From: Candidatus Binataceae bacterium
GTDB lineage: Bacteria > Desulfobacterota > Binatia > Binatales > Binataceae
Assembly: GCA_050736695.1 (NCBI GenBank)
Contig: JBOHWH010000135.1
Span: forward strand, 28,504-92,503
Reading direction: 5' to 3'
DNA length: 64,000 bases
This document shows positions 18,892 through 27,795 of the stretch, one piece after another; position 1 is the first letter of the stretch; each line of letters begins with the position of its first letter. The notes below the pieces were generated by a model, which worked only from the letters and a program-made list of their open reading frames with translations, had not been told where the DNA came from and searched no databases. The position numbers and the translations under genes were made by a program.

Positions 18892-19293
18892 ATGCGAAAA
18901 TTTAACGCTGCGGTTTCGGCGCTCGCAATCGTGTTCGTCTTCGGGTGTTCGAGTCCGACCGATGACTTTGCCGTCGGTAAGACGTACCAGGTAGGTGCGG
19001 GCAAGCACGGATATGTGTGCGCCGGTGCGCCGCATCCGGATGATGCTGAGGTGGATCTAAGCGGAGCAAGCCTCAACCTTCTCAAAGGGCGAGAGTTCAT
19101 CACACAACCTGGGTGTGCAGGCCTGATAGAGTTTGATCGCATCAAAGTTATGGGCGTGAAAGATGACTATTTGGTGGTCGAGGTCGTTTGGGGGTACGAT
19201 CCCACTCGCGATGTGGACGCAACTGGATACGTCGGAATGATGGAGCCGGATTGTCTCGCGCCGGCCGCCCTTCCGGATTTTTCAAAGAAGTGA
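18892..19293 (+). CDS. Hypothetical lipoprotein
   Basis: Signal peptide with lipobox (LAIVFVFGCSS). Confidence 0.5.
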   Translation: MRKFNAAVSALAIVFVFGCSSPTDDFAVGKTYQVGAGKHGYVCAGAPHPDDAEVDLSGASLNLLKGREFITQPGCAGLIEFDRIKVMGVKDDYLVVEVVWGYDPTRDVDATGYVGMMEPDCLAPAALPDFSKK

Positions 19294-19986
19294 ATCAACG
19301 CATTCGGGGGCGCAGCGTCCCACGACCAATTCGCAGCTACCGGCTTGAACAGGAAACTTCAACGCAAGCGACCTGATTTCGTGTTTCAATCCTGCGCGTG
19401 TAAGCGCCCGCGAAAGTCGGCCAACGATCGAGGGCTGGGGACGCTCGCCGCCAATCCTGATAAGCAGACCGGATACATTAGGTGGGATGTCGGGATTGGT
19501 CATACCTCCGCCAAGGCCGAGCGACAGGAAAAGCCGTTGAAATTCCAGCGCGTAACGTCCAGCCTCGCTATCATAGGGATGGACGGCGATTGAAATATCT
19601 GTTTTTTCTTCGGCGGAAAGTGGGCGCAGCGATTCGTAAATTATCCGCCGTTGCTCTCTAGTGATTGTTCGTTGTTGATTACGATGTATTCCCCTTAGTT
19701 CGGTACGAAGCATCCCTATTTCCGCTTTCATTTCGGGCGACGCAGAGCCTTCGGTTCTCGAAAGGAAACTCGCTATCTTCTCATCCTTGAGTTTGTGGCG
19801 CTCTTCGTGAATGAGAAGTTGGCCGTCCCGCGTGGATATTTGGTGGCCGAAGGACCAAGACATCGCAAAATACATTACGATGCCAATGACGAGCAGCAAC
19901 CCGAAAAAGATAACAGGAGCCCCCGCGACCATCTTATACTCCTGCTCCCAATGTCCGACGACCCAACTCAAGATGGCCTCTTTCAT
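19282..19986 (-). CDS. Hypothetical membrane-anchored protein
   Basis: GGGAGA RBS before the internal ATG at 19986, an N-terminal TM segment, then a charged and coiled region. Confidence 0.4.
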   Translation of the reverse strand: MKEAILSWVVGHWEQEYKMVAGAPVIFFGLLLVIGIVMYFAMSWSFGHQISTRDGQLLIHEERHKLKDEKIASFLSRTEGSASPEMKAEIGMLRTELRGIHRNQQRTITREQRRIIYESLRPLSAEEKTDISIAVHPYDSEAGRYALEFQRLFLSLGLGGGMTNPDIPPNVSGLLIRIGGERPQPSIVGRLSRALTRAGLKHEIRSLALKFPVQAGSCELVVGRCAPECVDSLL

Positions 19987-20045
19987 ATAGATCTCCCGCC
20001 CTTGAGATAGACGTTCCCCGTCCATCCCTCAAGGCGAGGGGACTA

Positions 20046-20972
20046 TTGGCGTACTCCCGGCTAAGAGTCAAGTCCAGCATAATCGCCTTCACGGAAGACC
20101 CGCCCGATCGGCCCACGCGCACCATCGAGGAGATCATCCAGGCGATCTGGGACAACCGGGACCGCGCGTACAACGTCCGATGCCTCTGCCGCCGTTTGCT
20201 CCGTATCGACAAGGAGATGTCCGGAAACGCCCGTGAGGCGTTTGCGGCCTACTTCTCGGACGGCGATATGAAGGAGTTTGCGAACCGCGTGCCGCGAGCG
20301 ATTACCGACGATTTCTCGGCGACGATGAAGCTCTTGCGCGATTCTCAATTCCAGCGGCTTCTCGTGAACTATGAGCGCGCACGGCCCTATTTCATCGTCG
20401 CCCACGAGGCCACCGACGAAGTCTCCTCGCGCATTCTGATCCGCGATGCCGCCGGCAACGAGCACCGACCCGAGGACTATCTCGCCGCGTTCGCCCGTTT
20501 CGTAAGCGAGAACCCAGATCGAATCGAGGCTATCCGCATCCTCCTGAACCGTCCCAAAGACTGGAGCACCAACGCGCTGGCGGAATTGCGCCGAAAGCTC
20601 GCCACCGCGCCGCAGCATTTCACGGAAGAGAACTTGAGGCGTGCACACGCGGCGCGCTACAACAAGGCATTGGTCGATATCATCTCGATGGTCAAGCATG
20701 CCGCCAAAGATGAAGAGCCGCTGCTGAGCGCCGCCGAGCGCGTCGATCGCGCGCTCCAGCGCCTCGCCATCGGCCACAAGTTCACCACCGAGCAGCAACG
20801 ATGGCTCGATCGCATCCGCTCGCACCTGGTCGAGAATCTCTCGATTAGCCGCGACGATTTCGATATCGTGCCCGTCCTTTCCAATCCCGGCGGATGGAAG
20901 CCAGCCGATCGCGCATTCGCCGGTAAACTCAAGCCCCTTCTGTCTGCGATAAATGAGGCTGTCGCCCAGTGA
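20046..20972 (+). CDS. hsdR: Type I restriction enzyme R subunit, C-terminal domain fragment (EcoEI_R_C-like) separated from the helicase part
   Basis: 308 aa resembling the HsdR C-terminal domain (...FTTEQQRWLDRIRSHLVENLSISRDDFDIVPVL...). It ends 4 nt into the hsdM start (operon coupling) and lies 2.75 kb downstream of the hsdR helicase fragment. Confidence 0.6.
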   Translation: MAYSRLRVKSSIIAFTEDPPDRPTRTIEEIIQAIWDNRDRAYNVRCLCRRLLRIDKEMSGNAREAFAAYFSDGDMKEFANRVPRAITDDFSATMKLLRDSQFQRLLVNYERARPYFIVAHEATDEVSSRILIRDAAGNEHRPEDYLAAFARFVSENPDRIEAIRILLNRPKDWSTNALAELRRKLATAPQHFTEENLRRAHAARYNKALVDIISMVKHAAKDEEPLLSAAERVDRALQRLAIGHKFTTEQQRWLDRIRSHLVENLSISRDDFDIVPVLSNPGGWKPADRAFAGKLKPLLSAINEAVAQ

Positions 20973-21240
20973 ATGAGAAACGGAACCATCAGATCGACGT
21001 CGTGCAGAAGCTATGGGGCTTCTGTCACGTCCTTCGCCACGACGGGATCGGTTACGGCGAGTATATCGAGCAGATCACTTTCCTGCTCTATCTCAAGATG
21101 GCCGACGAAAAGGGCGTCGCGCTGCCCAAAGGATGCGGCTGGCAGCCCCTGCGCGCCAAAAGCGGCACGGAACTGCTCGACGGCTACGCCGACATGCTGC
21201 GCGCTCTGGGAAAGTCGCCCGGCCTGATCGGCGACATCTC
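20969..21240 (+). pseudogene. hsdM: Type I R-M methyltransferase subunit HsdM, N-terminal roughly 90 codons only (truncated)
   Basis: HsdM N-terminal domain signature (LWGFCHVLRHDGIGYGEYIEQITFLLYLKMADE). Sense is lost after ...PGLIGDI at about 21240, where an unrelated divergent ORF abuts. No hsdS is in the window. Confidence 0.65.
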
Positions 21241-21501
21241 CTCGAGCTCCCAGTGTTTAAATTCGCTCTCGATACGAACGTACCGGAACGACTTACCGGC
21301 TTTTCTCCGATACCAGGGCCGCTGTCCTCTCTTGAAAAAGATGGCGTGAAGCAAAGCCGTCCAAGCGATTGTCATCAGGACCAGATAGTGTGGCGTCCGA
21401 AAGGCCGACCCCGGTCTGTTGTACACCTCAACGGCACTTATCGCCGCAGCGCGAGCTTTTTCGAGATGCGCTCGTGCCGGCCGTGTCAGGCGTGACGGCA
21501 T
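21184..21501 (-). CDS. Hypothetical protein fragment truncated at the hsdM junction
   Basis: AGGAGGCAAACC RBS before the ATG at 21501. The C-terminus runs antisense into the hsdM remnant, so the gene is not intact. Confidence 0.25.
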   Translation of the reverse strand: MPSRLTRPARAHLEKARAAAISAVEVYNRPGSAFRTPHYLVLMTIAWTALLHAIFFKRGQRPWYRRKAGKSFRYVRIESEFKHWELEEMSPIRPGDFPRARSMSA

Positions 21502-21972
21502 ATGGTTTGCCTCCTTGGCTGTCTGTTAGTGGATCGAACAGAAACCGATTCACCACGGGATTTGGAAAAGCGGCGGCAGGAGTATCAGTGAATTTCTTGA
21601 GTTCATCGTCGCGGCAGTTCCAAATCCCTAGACGACAGTAACACCCAGCGCGTACCTTGGGAGCCCGATTCCGGTCGCCTCTGTCCTCCGCGGGTTGGGT
21701 CGTAATTTTCGTTACCGAAAAGCGGACAGGCCAACGGTCAGCGCCCACAGCACGGCAGCGACGACAGAATTAAAGATTACAGACTGGCGAAGGACTCGCT
21801 GCTCGTCTGTGGCTGGCTTATACACCGCGAGGAAAGCGGGTGATTTCCCTGCAATCGAGGTTTCGAGATCCGAATCCTCTGATCCTTGGAGCCAGTAGGA
21901 AAATTCGAGTGCCTTGCTCGCGGCGACTCCAACGCCTCGCGAAGCATGGTGCGCTCCGCAAGACGCTCCATC

Positions 21973-22530
21973 TCAGTTTTGGCGCCACGGCGAAATATCG
22001 AGCCGTCGACGCTGTGTCGAAGACCTATCGACAGGCGTGCCGGCGAATTCATCACGAATTCGGAAGGGGCTGAGGTAGCCTTCCTCGCGAAGTCGCAATA
22101 CCGCCCCAAATCCAATAGCGATTTCGATTGCGGACGGCCGGTGAAGGCTCTCGGTCGATTCTGGGTACCTGATCTCAAACCCGTGCGAATGGCACTTCAA
22201 TCCCAATTCATCGGCTGCTGGCTTGAGAAATTTCGTGAAGAAATAGTCCAGAAGCGCATTGTACTGGTCGGGGGACAAGCTTCTGCCGCGAAATGTGCCG
22301 ATGTTCTCGACACTGATAGCGTCCTTGTCCCGCGCCAGCACGAATCCGATGTCGCCGTATATGCCGCGACATCGGATGGCATAAAACTGAACATTTGTTA
22401 AATCGACAGCTCGACTCTCAGCCTCCAGGTCTCGGTACCAATTCGGCTCCAGGCGCGATTCAATGGTGGCGATCAATTTCCCTAGCGCGTCAGAGTTGCC
22501 GCGGACAACCAGATCAAAACACCACTTCAT
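21973..22530 (-). CDS. Hypothetical protein
   Basis: AAGGAGAATCGT RBS before the ATG at 22530. 185 aa with natural-looking composition. Immediately downstream of terL, in a roughly 50% GC patch. Confidence 0.45.
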   Translation of the reverse strand: MKWCFDLVVRGNSDALGKLIATIESRLEPNWYRDLEAESRAVDLTNVQFYAIRCRGIYGDIGFVLARDKDAISVENIGTFRGRSLSPDQYNALLDYFFTKFLKPAADELGLKCHSHGFEIRYPESTESLHRPSAIEIAIGFGAVLRLREEGYLSPFRIRDEFAGTPVDRSSTQRRRLDISPWRQN

Positions 22531-22626
22531 ACGATTCTCCTTGCGCAAATGAGTCCGCTCCGTCACCGGTCGAGCCGAGTAAACCATCGCAGCAAATGAC
22601 GCAGATCGAGCGTGGCCACTCGCCGC

Positions 22627-24255
22627 CTACCAGGTTCCACGATTTCTTCCCAGCGAGCGTGCGATACTTGCCGGCGCCCATCCATCCCAACGATGAGTAC
22701 GCGGAGATCGGTAATCATCGTCGTAATCGTCGGCGAATGGATCGCCGACCAGGCGCTGGTCCGAACCTGGCGGATTACGAGCTGAGTAGTACTCGATCTT
22801 CTGCGGTGACTTGCACAGCGCCAGCATGAGCGCTTCAGCCCGATCGGGCGAAGGCACGCCACGAGCCCGCGCGCTTTCTTTCGATTCGATTTTCAAGCGC
22901 CCTTGGGAATCGAGTTCCCAGCGAATGCCTGCGAGTTGGCCGATCGTCTCCTCGTCCGTCAATCTATCGACTTGATCGCGTTCCAACGCGTCGGCGAGCG
23001 CCTGGTAGAAGCAGGCTTTCTGGTTGACGAAGCGCCGCGTCGGATCGTTTTCCCCGAGGTTGGGTTTGCTCTCGCAGGGCAGCGCCACGTTGATCAATTC
23101 GACCGGAAACCTTTCGTCGCGCAGGTGCAAGCCGAAGTTGTGGCCGATGCCGATCGCATCGACGCGGACCACCGCGAGGCGCTGGCGAAATTCGCTGAGG
23201 AAGCGAACCACCTGTCCGCGGGTATCCTCTCCGCGCCAGGCACCCATCGCGACAATTCTCCATCGGTCGCCGCAGCGCTCACATACATAGACGACGGTTT
23301 CAGCCTGGCCGCCGCCGACATCCACTCCGGCGAAGAGCGGAGCATTTCCCGCCGCGTGGTTTGAATCCTTGAGCGCACGCTGCTTGGCCCGTTCTAGCCA
23401 GATCAGTTTGATTAAGGCGTCTTGCGCCTGGTCCGGAAACCGCGCCAGTACTCGCGACAGCCAGTTTGGAGAGCTGGCTTCGTTGCCATGCCACCAGGAC
23501 TGATGCTGATCGTAAACCCAGCGTTTGCCAACCAGATAAGAAACCAGATTGCGATCGAGTGGGCCGCCGTCTGCGGGATCCATCTGCAGCAGCTGTTCAA
23601 GCGTGATGCCTTTCAGATTCGGCGAGTCAAAAGCGCCGATCGTGAAGCAGTTCCAAAGGCCGCGCTCTTTGCTGAAGGCGTCGAAAAAGGCGCCCGACGG
23701 GATGGTTGGATTCCCCGCCATCACGATGTGCACGATGCCTCCCGCCATCGTTCCGGCAATCGCGTCCCAGATGCCCGATTCAATCCCGGGTGCTTCGTCG
23801 GCGATGATGAGAACGTATTTTCCGTGATAACCCTGAAAGTTTTCTGACTGATTGGTCGAAAAACCGATCGCGAAGTTGTTGTCGTCGCGGAACTTGAGCT
23901 CGGTTGTTTTCAATTTCGGGTAGGGGACTTTGGCGCGTTCCACCAGCCGGTGGATCTCGGTCCAGAGCTGGGTGCGCACCTGCCGCTGAGTGGGCGAGGT
24001 GGTCAGGACGATGCCTTCGGGAAAACGCGCCAACCACCACAGCGCGGCGATAGCGAGCGTGAAGGTCTTGCCGACGCCGTGGCACGCCTTGATTGCGGTT
24101 CTTCTGCGACTCTTGATCGACCGCAAAATCTCGGCCTCGGTGGTCCAGAGGTCCACGCCCAGTACATGGGTGGCGAACAGAACCGGATCGCTCATTACCT
24201 TCTTTGCGAAAAGCTTTTGTTCGTCAGAGAGTTCGTGATAACTTTTGACTTTCAT
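22627..24255 (-). CDS. terL: Phage terminase large subunit (ATPase + nuclease)
   Basis: Walker A GVGKT in an N-terminal ATPase domain (IKACHGVGKTFTLAIAALWW), Walker B-like LIIADEA, and a C-terminal RNaseH-like nuclease region. GAGGAAGAAG RBS before the ATG at 24255. Confidence 0.85.
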   Translation of the reverse strand: MKVKSYHELSDEQKLFAKKVMSDPVLFATHVLGVDLWTTEAEILRSIKSRRRTAIKACHGVGKTFTLAIAALWWLARFPEGIVLTTSPTQRQVRTQLWTEIHRLVERAKVPYPKLKTTELKFRDDNNFAIGFSTNQSENFQGYHGKYVLIIADEAPGIESGIWDAIAGTMAGGIVHIVMAGNPTIPSGAFFDAFSKERGLWNCFTIGAFDSPNLKGITLEQLLQMDPADGGPLDRNLVSYLVGKRWVYDQHQSWWHGNEASSPNWLSRVLARFPDQAQDALIKLIWLERAKQRALKDSNHAAGNAPLFAGVDVGGGQAETVVYVCERCGDRWRIVAMGAWRGEDTRGQVVRFLSEFRQRLAVVRVDAIGIGHNFGLHLRDERFPVELINVALPCESKPNLGENDPTRRFVNQKACFYQALADALERDQVDRLTDEETIGQLAGIRWELDSQGRLKIESKESARARGVPSPDRAEALMLALCKSPQKIEYYSARNPPGSDQRLVGDPFADDYDDDYRSPRTHRWDGWAPASIARSLGRNRGTW

Positions 24256-24781
24256 TGTCTTCTTCCTCAATCGGTCCGATTGCCTCGAGTAGCTGGACGA
24301 GTGTTAGGGGCGCACCATCTTTGCCGGTCAGCTCGTGGCGCTGGGGTGCCGCATAGCCGTTGATCTGCGCCGCATGGCGGAGCACCTTGACCCCGGCTTC
24401 AACCGACCGAGGATTGCCTTTGCGTATGCCGGGTTGGAGGTTCATGAACATCTCTTCGCACCGGGAGGTGTCGAGCTTGCGAAACTCGTCGGCTGCAATC
24501 GACGGATCGCGCGCGATCGCTCTCCGAAATGCTTTGTGAATCGCCTGCCGCGAGATTTGAAAGTCAGGCAGGAACGTGACTCCGTCCGGGATCGCGACGA
24601 TCGCCTGGGCTTGGTGTTTCCCCACGCGGGCGATCTGGTCCGCGATCGCGTCGAAGGTCAGGCCAATGCGTTTTAGATGAAGCGTTTCGGCTTCGATCCA
24701 CCTCGCCCTGAGCACCGCCGCAGAAACTACCGTTGGACGATGGGTGCCGCGCCAAGTTCCGTCCGGGTGGCGCCTCATCAC
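24224..24781 (-). CDS. Putative phage terminase small subunit
   Basis: 185-aa ORF immediately upstream of and overlapping terL, downstream of the ParB-MTase; position and size are consistent with a small terminase. Confidence 0.35.
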   Translation of the reverse strand: MMRRHPDGTWRGTHRPTVVSAAVLRARWIEAETLHLKRIGLTFDAIADQIARVGKHQAQAIVAIPDGVTFLPDFQISRQAIHKAFRRAIARDPSIAADEFRKLDTSRCEEMFMNLQPGIRKGNPRSVEAGVKVLRHAAQINGYAAPQRHELTGKDGAPLTLVQLLEAIGPIEEEDNESQKLSRTL

Positions 24782-26133
24782 TCACCCACCAATTCGGGCT
24801 TGAGGCCGAGCGCCGCCATGCGTTCCAGCGCAACCGCGACGAACGGCGGGGATTTTTCAATCGCGTAACAGCGCCGACCGGTCTGCTCGGCCGCGACCAA
24901 CTGCGATCCGCTGCCAGAGAACGGCTCGTAACAGATGTCGCCGCGCTCGGTGTGCATCTCCATGGGAAGCGCGAACAACCGGCAAGGCTTACAGGTTGGA
25001 TGTGCGTCGGTCTCGACTTCCGAACTTGGGACTTCCCAGACCGTGCTGGGAAACTCGCCCGCGATTTTGCCGAGATCTGAGCGTAGCGTCTTGGGTTTCT
25101 CGCCTCTGATCCAACCGAACAAACATGGTTCGTGCTGCCAGAGGTAGGTCGAGTAGGTCAACACCGGGCGACTCTTGACCCAAATGATCTGCTGGTGAAC
25201 GAAGGCGCCGAACTCGCCCCAGATCGATTCGAGCATCATCTGGCGGCGCGATGCGTGCCAGCAATACCACGCGGCGTTGCGGACAATCGCATGCTCGATC
25301 GCCATCCCGATGAACCCGCGGTAGAGTTCGACTCCTGCCTCCTCGGCGTTCTTAACGTCCGCGCTTTTCGCTTCCACGTACACCCCCGACCAATTCTTGT
25401 CGCGGTTTGCAGCGCCTCGATTTCCCCAGCTCTGTGGATGGGAACCGCCGGTGTACCCGACCGCGTAGGGCGGGTCGGTCGCGAACAGGACCGCGCGCTC
25501 GTCGCCCATCAACCGCGCGACGTCCTCGGGTTTGGTTGCGTCACCGCAGAGCAGGCGATGCGCGCCCACTCGCCAGAGTTGGTTCGCGCGCGTGCCCCAT
25601 TTTTTCTGGAGTTCGGCTGCTTGCTCGATTTGTGCCGGCGGTTCGGCCTGCGGATGGATCAGGCTCCACAGCCGGTCGCCTGCGGTACGCCGAAGGAGAT
25701 CTTCAACCGCGGGGCTATCGGTTCTCACGGTCTGGAGAAGCGTTCCGATTCGCTCGGAGTCGGATTCGGCTAGGGAAGCGAGCGGATCGAGGGTAAGCAA
25801 CAGTTTGTCCGCCTCCGCTTCATCGAGGTCCAGAATGAGCACCGGAACTTCGAAGTCCGGCGTGGTTTCGGCGCGCAAGTGACCGTCAATCAACATGAGC
25901 CTTCCGTTTCCCAGTTCGCGGGCAAGCAGCGCGTCGGCGTACCCGATCTCGGCGAGAAGGTCACGCAGGGCATTCGCCTGAGCCTTTGGATGGCGCCGCC
26001 AGTTTTTCGGATTGGAAAGCAGGTCCCGAGCCGGGACTCGACGCAGCTCTCTTATGCGATCCCGAATCGCGATGGCGCCGTTGGAATTTGTTGATGTTGC
26101 GTTAGCCATTCGACATCTCGGTTCAATTCTCAT
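24778..26133 (-). CDS. ParB-like nuclease domain fused to an N-4/N-6 DNA methyltransferase (phage-type orphan MTase)
   Basis: N-terminal ParB/sulfiredoxin-like motif (LIDGHLRAE) and a C-terminal MTase with the DPPY motif (FATDPPYAVGY) plus a SAM-binding region (YEPFSGSGSQLVAAEQTGRRCYAIE). Confidence 0.85.
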   Translation of the reverse strand: MRIEPRCRMANATSTNSNGAIAIRDRIRELRRVPARDLLSNPKNWRRHPKAQANALRDLLAEIGYADALLARELGNGRLMLIDGHLRAETTPDFEVPVLILDLDEAEADKLLLTLDPLASLAESDSERIGTLLQTVRTDSPAVEDLLRRTAGDRLWSLIHPQAEPPAQIEQAAELQKKWGTRANQLWRVGAHRLLCGDATKPEDVARLMGDERAVLFATDPPYAVGYTGGSHPQSWGNRGAANRDKNWSGVYVEAKSADVKNAEEAGVELYRGFIGMAIEHAIVRNAAWYCWHASRRQMMLESIWGEFGAFVHQQIIWVKSRPVLTYSTYLWQHEPCLFGWIRGEKPKTLRSDLGKIAGEFPSTVWEVPSSEVETDAHPTCKPCRLFALPMEMHTERGDICYEPFSGSGSQLVAAEQTGRRCYAIEKSPPFVAVALERMAALGLKPELVGE

Positions 26134-26355
26134 TTTGGAGAAAAACCGAGACTGGAATCAAAGTGACAAATTGCAAGTGCCAGGGGGGATTTCGTCACCC
26201 GCATCTCGGCCTTGCCTGCTGTCGCTTTTCGCAGGCCAGGGCAGCGCTCCAGCCGTCCGACAGCATATGAGCCAATGTGGAAATTAGGCGCCACTAGAAC
26301 GCTCAGCGTCGGATAGCGCCCGACACGCAGCCCTGCCGTGTCACGCTAGCCTGAG

Positions 26356-27435
26356 CTAGGGCCGCTCGTTGCGGGACCGGCCCAGGGTACCTTTGCGTTT
26401 TTGAGAACGGAGAATGGCGCGACGGCGACTGCTGGCAGATATGTCCCTATTTTCGACGGCTTGCTCGCGCTTCCGCATCCGGACGTAGCTATCGAGCGAA
26501 AGTGCGCGGCCGATCGCCACTTTAAATAGCTCGTTCAAGACCTCATCAATTTTCGGCTGCGAAAGCGCCCGATATCCGTCTTTGAGTAGAACCCCGGGCC
26601 ACAGGAAAACCCACATGTTGCGCCGGAACGTCTGGCCAAGACTGTCCCGCGGACGTCCCTGTGGTCTGTTCGAGGCCAAATGCTGCAATTTATCCTGCAG
26701 AGTGTCGAGCGCGACTGAGACATGATCGGGAAGCCAGGTTGGCTCTCGCAGTTCCCGCCTGAGATTCAGTAGCAGCGAGAGCGCGCGTCCTGCGCCAGCG
26801 CCTTTCAGCCCTTTACGCGCCTCGGCGCAGCGGAAGTTCCAGCAAGCCTCTTCGAGGTTCTCCAGTCGCTTCGTCTGGTATCTACGCAGGGGGCTGAGCA
26901 ATTGATAAGCCTGCGTGCGCTGGAACTGCGCGCGGAAGGCAGCCTTTGCCTCCGCCCGCTCTTCTTGCATGGATGGGAGGTCGCAAAATGTCTCCAAAGC
27001 CCGACCTCTCTGCAAACTGGAATCGTCCGAAGATTTCATCGCAATGATAATGGTAGCACGTCCCCATGCGTTTCCCTGACATCTGGGCAGACACTTTTTC
27101 CACAAATCAATAGGGTCCAGGAGATTTGGAGTAGTGGTTTGCCCAGGGTATTTTGTACCAGCTGTCAAATTGAAGCTGGAACTGGAGGAACCCCGCAGTG
27201 GCAAGGCGACAGTACACGGCGGAAGAGATCGTATTAGCGGTTCGCATATGTCGGCATCTGAATCGCAGCGCGCCTGCCGGAGCAGATCGGGGTTAGATTC
27301 CGTTGGATTAGAGAATGACAAATGCTGTCCGATTGAAACGAACAACTCATAAATTGACTTGGTCGCTGCTGGCAGTCTGGCTGGCATGGGAAGGTTACTT
27401 GCTTGTCGCGGGCTTGTGGCCCTTTTTGGGGCCAC
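26356..27435 (-). CDS. Hypothetical protein (start uncertain)
   Basis: Long ORF. The C-terminal two-thirds has protein-like composition; the upstream third lies in a low-GC stretch and may be non-coding. Confidence 0.3.
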   Translation of the reverse strand: MAPKRATSPRQASNLPMPARLPAATKSIYELFVSIGQHLSFSNPTESNPDLLRQARCDSDADICEPLIRSLPPCTVALPLRGSSSSSFNLTAGTKYPGQTTTPNLLDPIDLWKKCLPRCQGNAWGRATIIIAMKSSDDSSLQRGRALETFCDLPSMQEERAEAKAAFRAQFQRTQAYQLLSPLRRYQTKRLENLEEACWNFRCAEARKGLKGAGAGRALSLLLNLRRELREPTWLPDHVSVALDTLQDKLQHLASNRPQGRPRDSLGQTFRRNMWVFLWPGVLLKDGYRALSQPKIDEVLNELFKVAIGRALSLDSYVRMRKREQAVENRDISASSRRRAILRSQKRKGTLGRSRNERP

Positions 27436-27795
27436 AAACGGATACTTTTAACGGTGTGGTTTACCACGGCCGCGCGGATCGGATGGAAACTGGATTAATC
27501 GCAACGGTCTCTGGGTTTCCGTCGGGCCTCTTTATCCCTGCCTTAGAGTTGATCCTGTTGCAAAAAAGCCTGGTATAGGACTTGTTGGTAGGCAAGACAC
27601 TTGATCGAGTTTATCTTCAGCTGGTTGATTATTTGTGCTGTGACTTCGCGCAATGGTACGTTACGCTGCGCGGGCTGGACTTCTTGATCAGAAGGCTGAG
27701 GATACGACTGAGACAGAAATCCGTTACCCCGACGTGAGAGCCCGCAGGGAACGTTCGGCGTCGAGATGCGGAACTCCTCCGTCGGCGGGAAGGCA

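Larger units (their letters stand above)
17296..20045 (+). mobile_element. About 2.75-kb insertion splitting hsdR: IS1595-family transposase gene plus low-GC passenger ORFs (exact IS ends not determined)
   Basis: The insertion lies between the hsdR helicase fragment (ends 17295) and the hsdR C-terminal fragment (starts 20046). It contains an IS1595 transposase and several small ORFs, with GC dropping to roughly 50% between 18.4 and 19.9 kb. 9-bp hairpins lie at 17277-17306 and 18228-18259. Confidence 0.45.
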
